DNA of 22,184 bases from Ginkgo biloba. Taxonomy: Eukaryota; Plantae; Ginkgophyta. The stretch spans positions 241,726,982 to 241,749,165 of the forward strand of contig JANKJI020000002.1 in NCBI GenBank assembly GCA_024626585.2. Reading direction: 5' to 3'. Positions 21,840 to 22,184 of the stretch are shown here, one piece after another; the stretch's first letter is position 1; each line of letters opens with the position of its first letter. Under the pieces are notes generated by a model. The model was given only the letters and a program-made list of their open reading frames with translations, made no database searches and was not told where the DNA came from. The position numbers were made by a program, and so were the translations under genes.

Positions 21840-22184
21840 AGATGGAGCTCGAGTAAGGTGAGGATTAGCTATAACAAATAGAAGGAAACCTCCATTGACC
21901 AAATTCTTATGTCAATTATATGGCGAGTACTCTATTTATATCTTATTCACATTAACTTAAGAAAATAATTTATCTTTATCTAATTTATTTCCCTATTTTC
22001 ATTAGGAGATAGAATTTTATCTCTATTCTTTCTCTTTTCCACTTGTTCTAGAGAAAAATATCCTTCTTTTCATGTGATTATTACTCTAAAAAGAGGAGAT
22101 TCCCTCTCTCTATTATTATATCTAAAATATGATATTTCTAGATCATAATTTTAAATCCTTTTAATATATTATCATTTATTGATT
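21840..22184 (+). mobile_element. Possible LTR end, decayed tRNA-Arg PBS and leader related to 16400-16650
   Basis: TGTCAATTATA-TGGCGAG at ~21910-21927 (only 7 nt match a TGGCGAGCCAG-type PBS). Downstream TTAGGAGATAGA and GAGGAGATTCCCTCTCTC resemble the 16.5-kb repeats. Confidence 0.25.

Overview
AT-rich eukaryotic DNA from a gappy draft plant scaffold with about 17 N-gaps, many exactly 100 N and so of unknown size. The Ty3/gypsy fragments resemble gymnosperm-type elements. Most of the window is heavily C->T-decayed transposon debris: several independent Ty3/gypsy gag, protease and RT-RNaseH-integrase fragments, a tRNA-iMet primer-binding site with its LTR, a CACTA-type terminus, and old tandem or segmental duplications. 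No intact protein-coding gene, RNA gene or CRISPR array is supportable. Two CpG-retaining islands (~3.7-5.05 kb and ~7.64-9.7 kb) stand out. They share a shuffled, modular promoter-like sequence with evening-element-like 38-bp repeats, a G-box/ABRE-containing unit that forms a foldback, and a TATA box inside a palindrome in one copy. The second island leads into a spliced but frameshifted aldo-keto reductase 5' fragment, followed within ~150 bp by a two-exon BTB/POZ fragment. Neither is evident from the ORF track. This AKR-BTB chimera and its duplicated promoter is the best candidate for something unusual (gene-fragment capture or deletion fusion). It is not a demonstrated new biological system.
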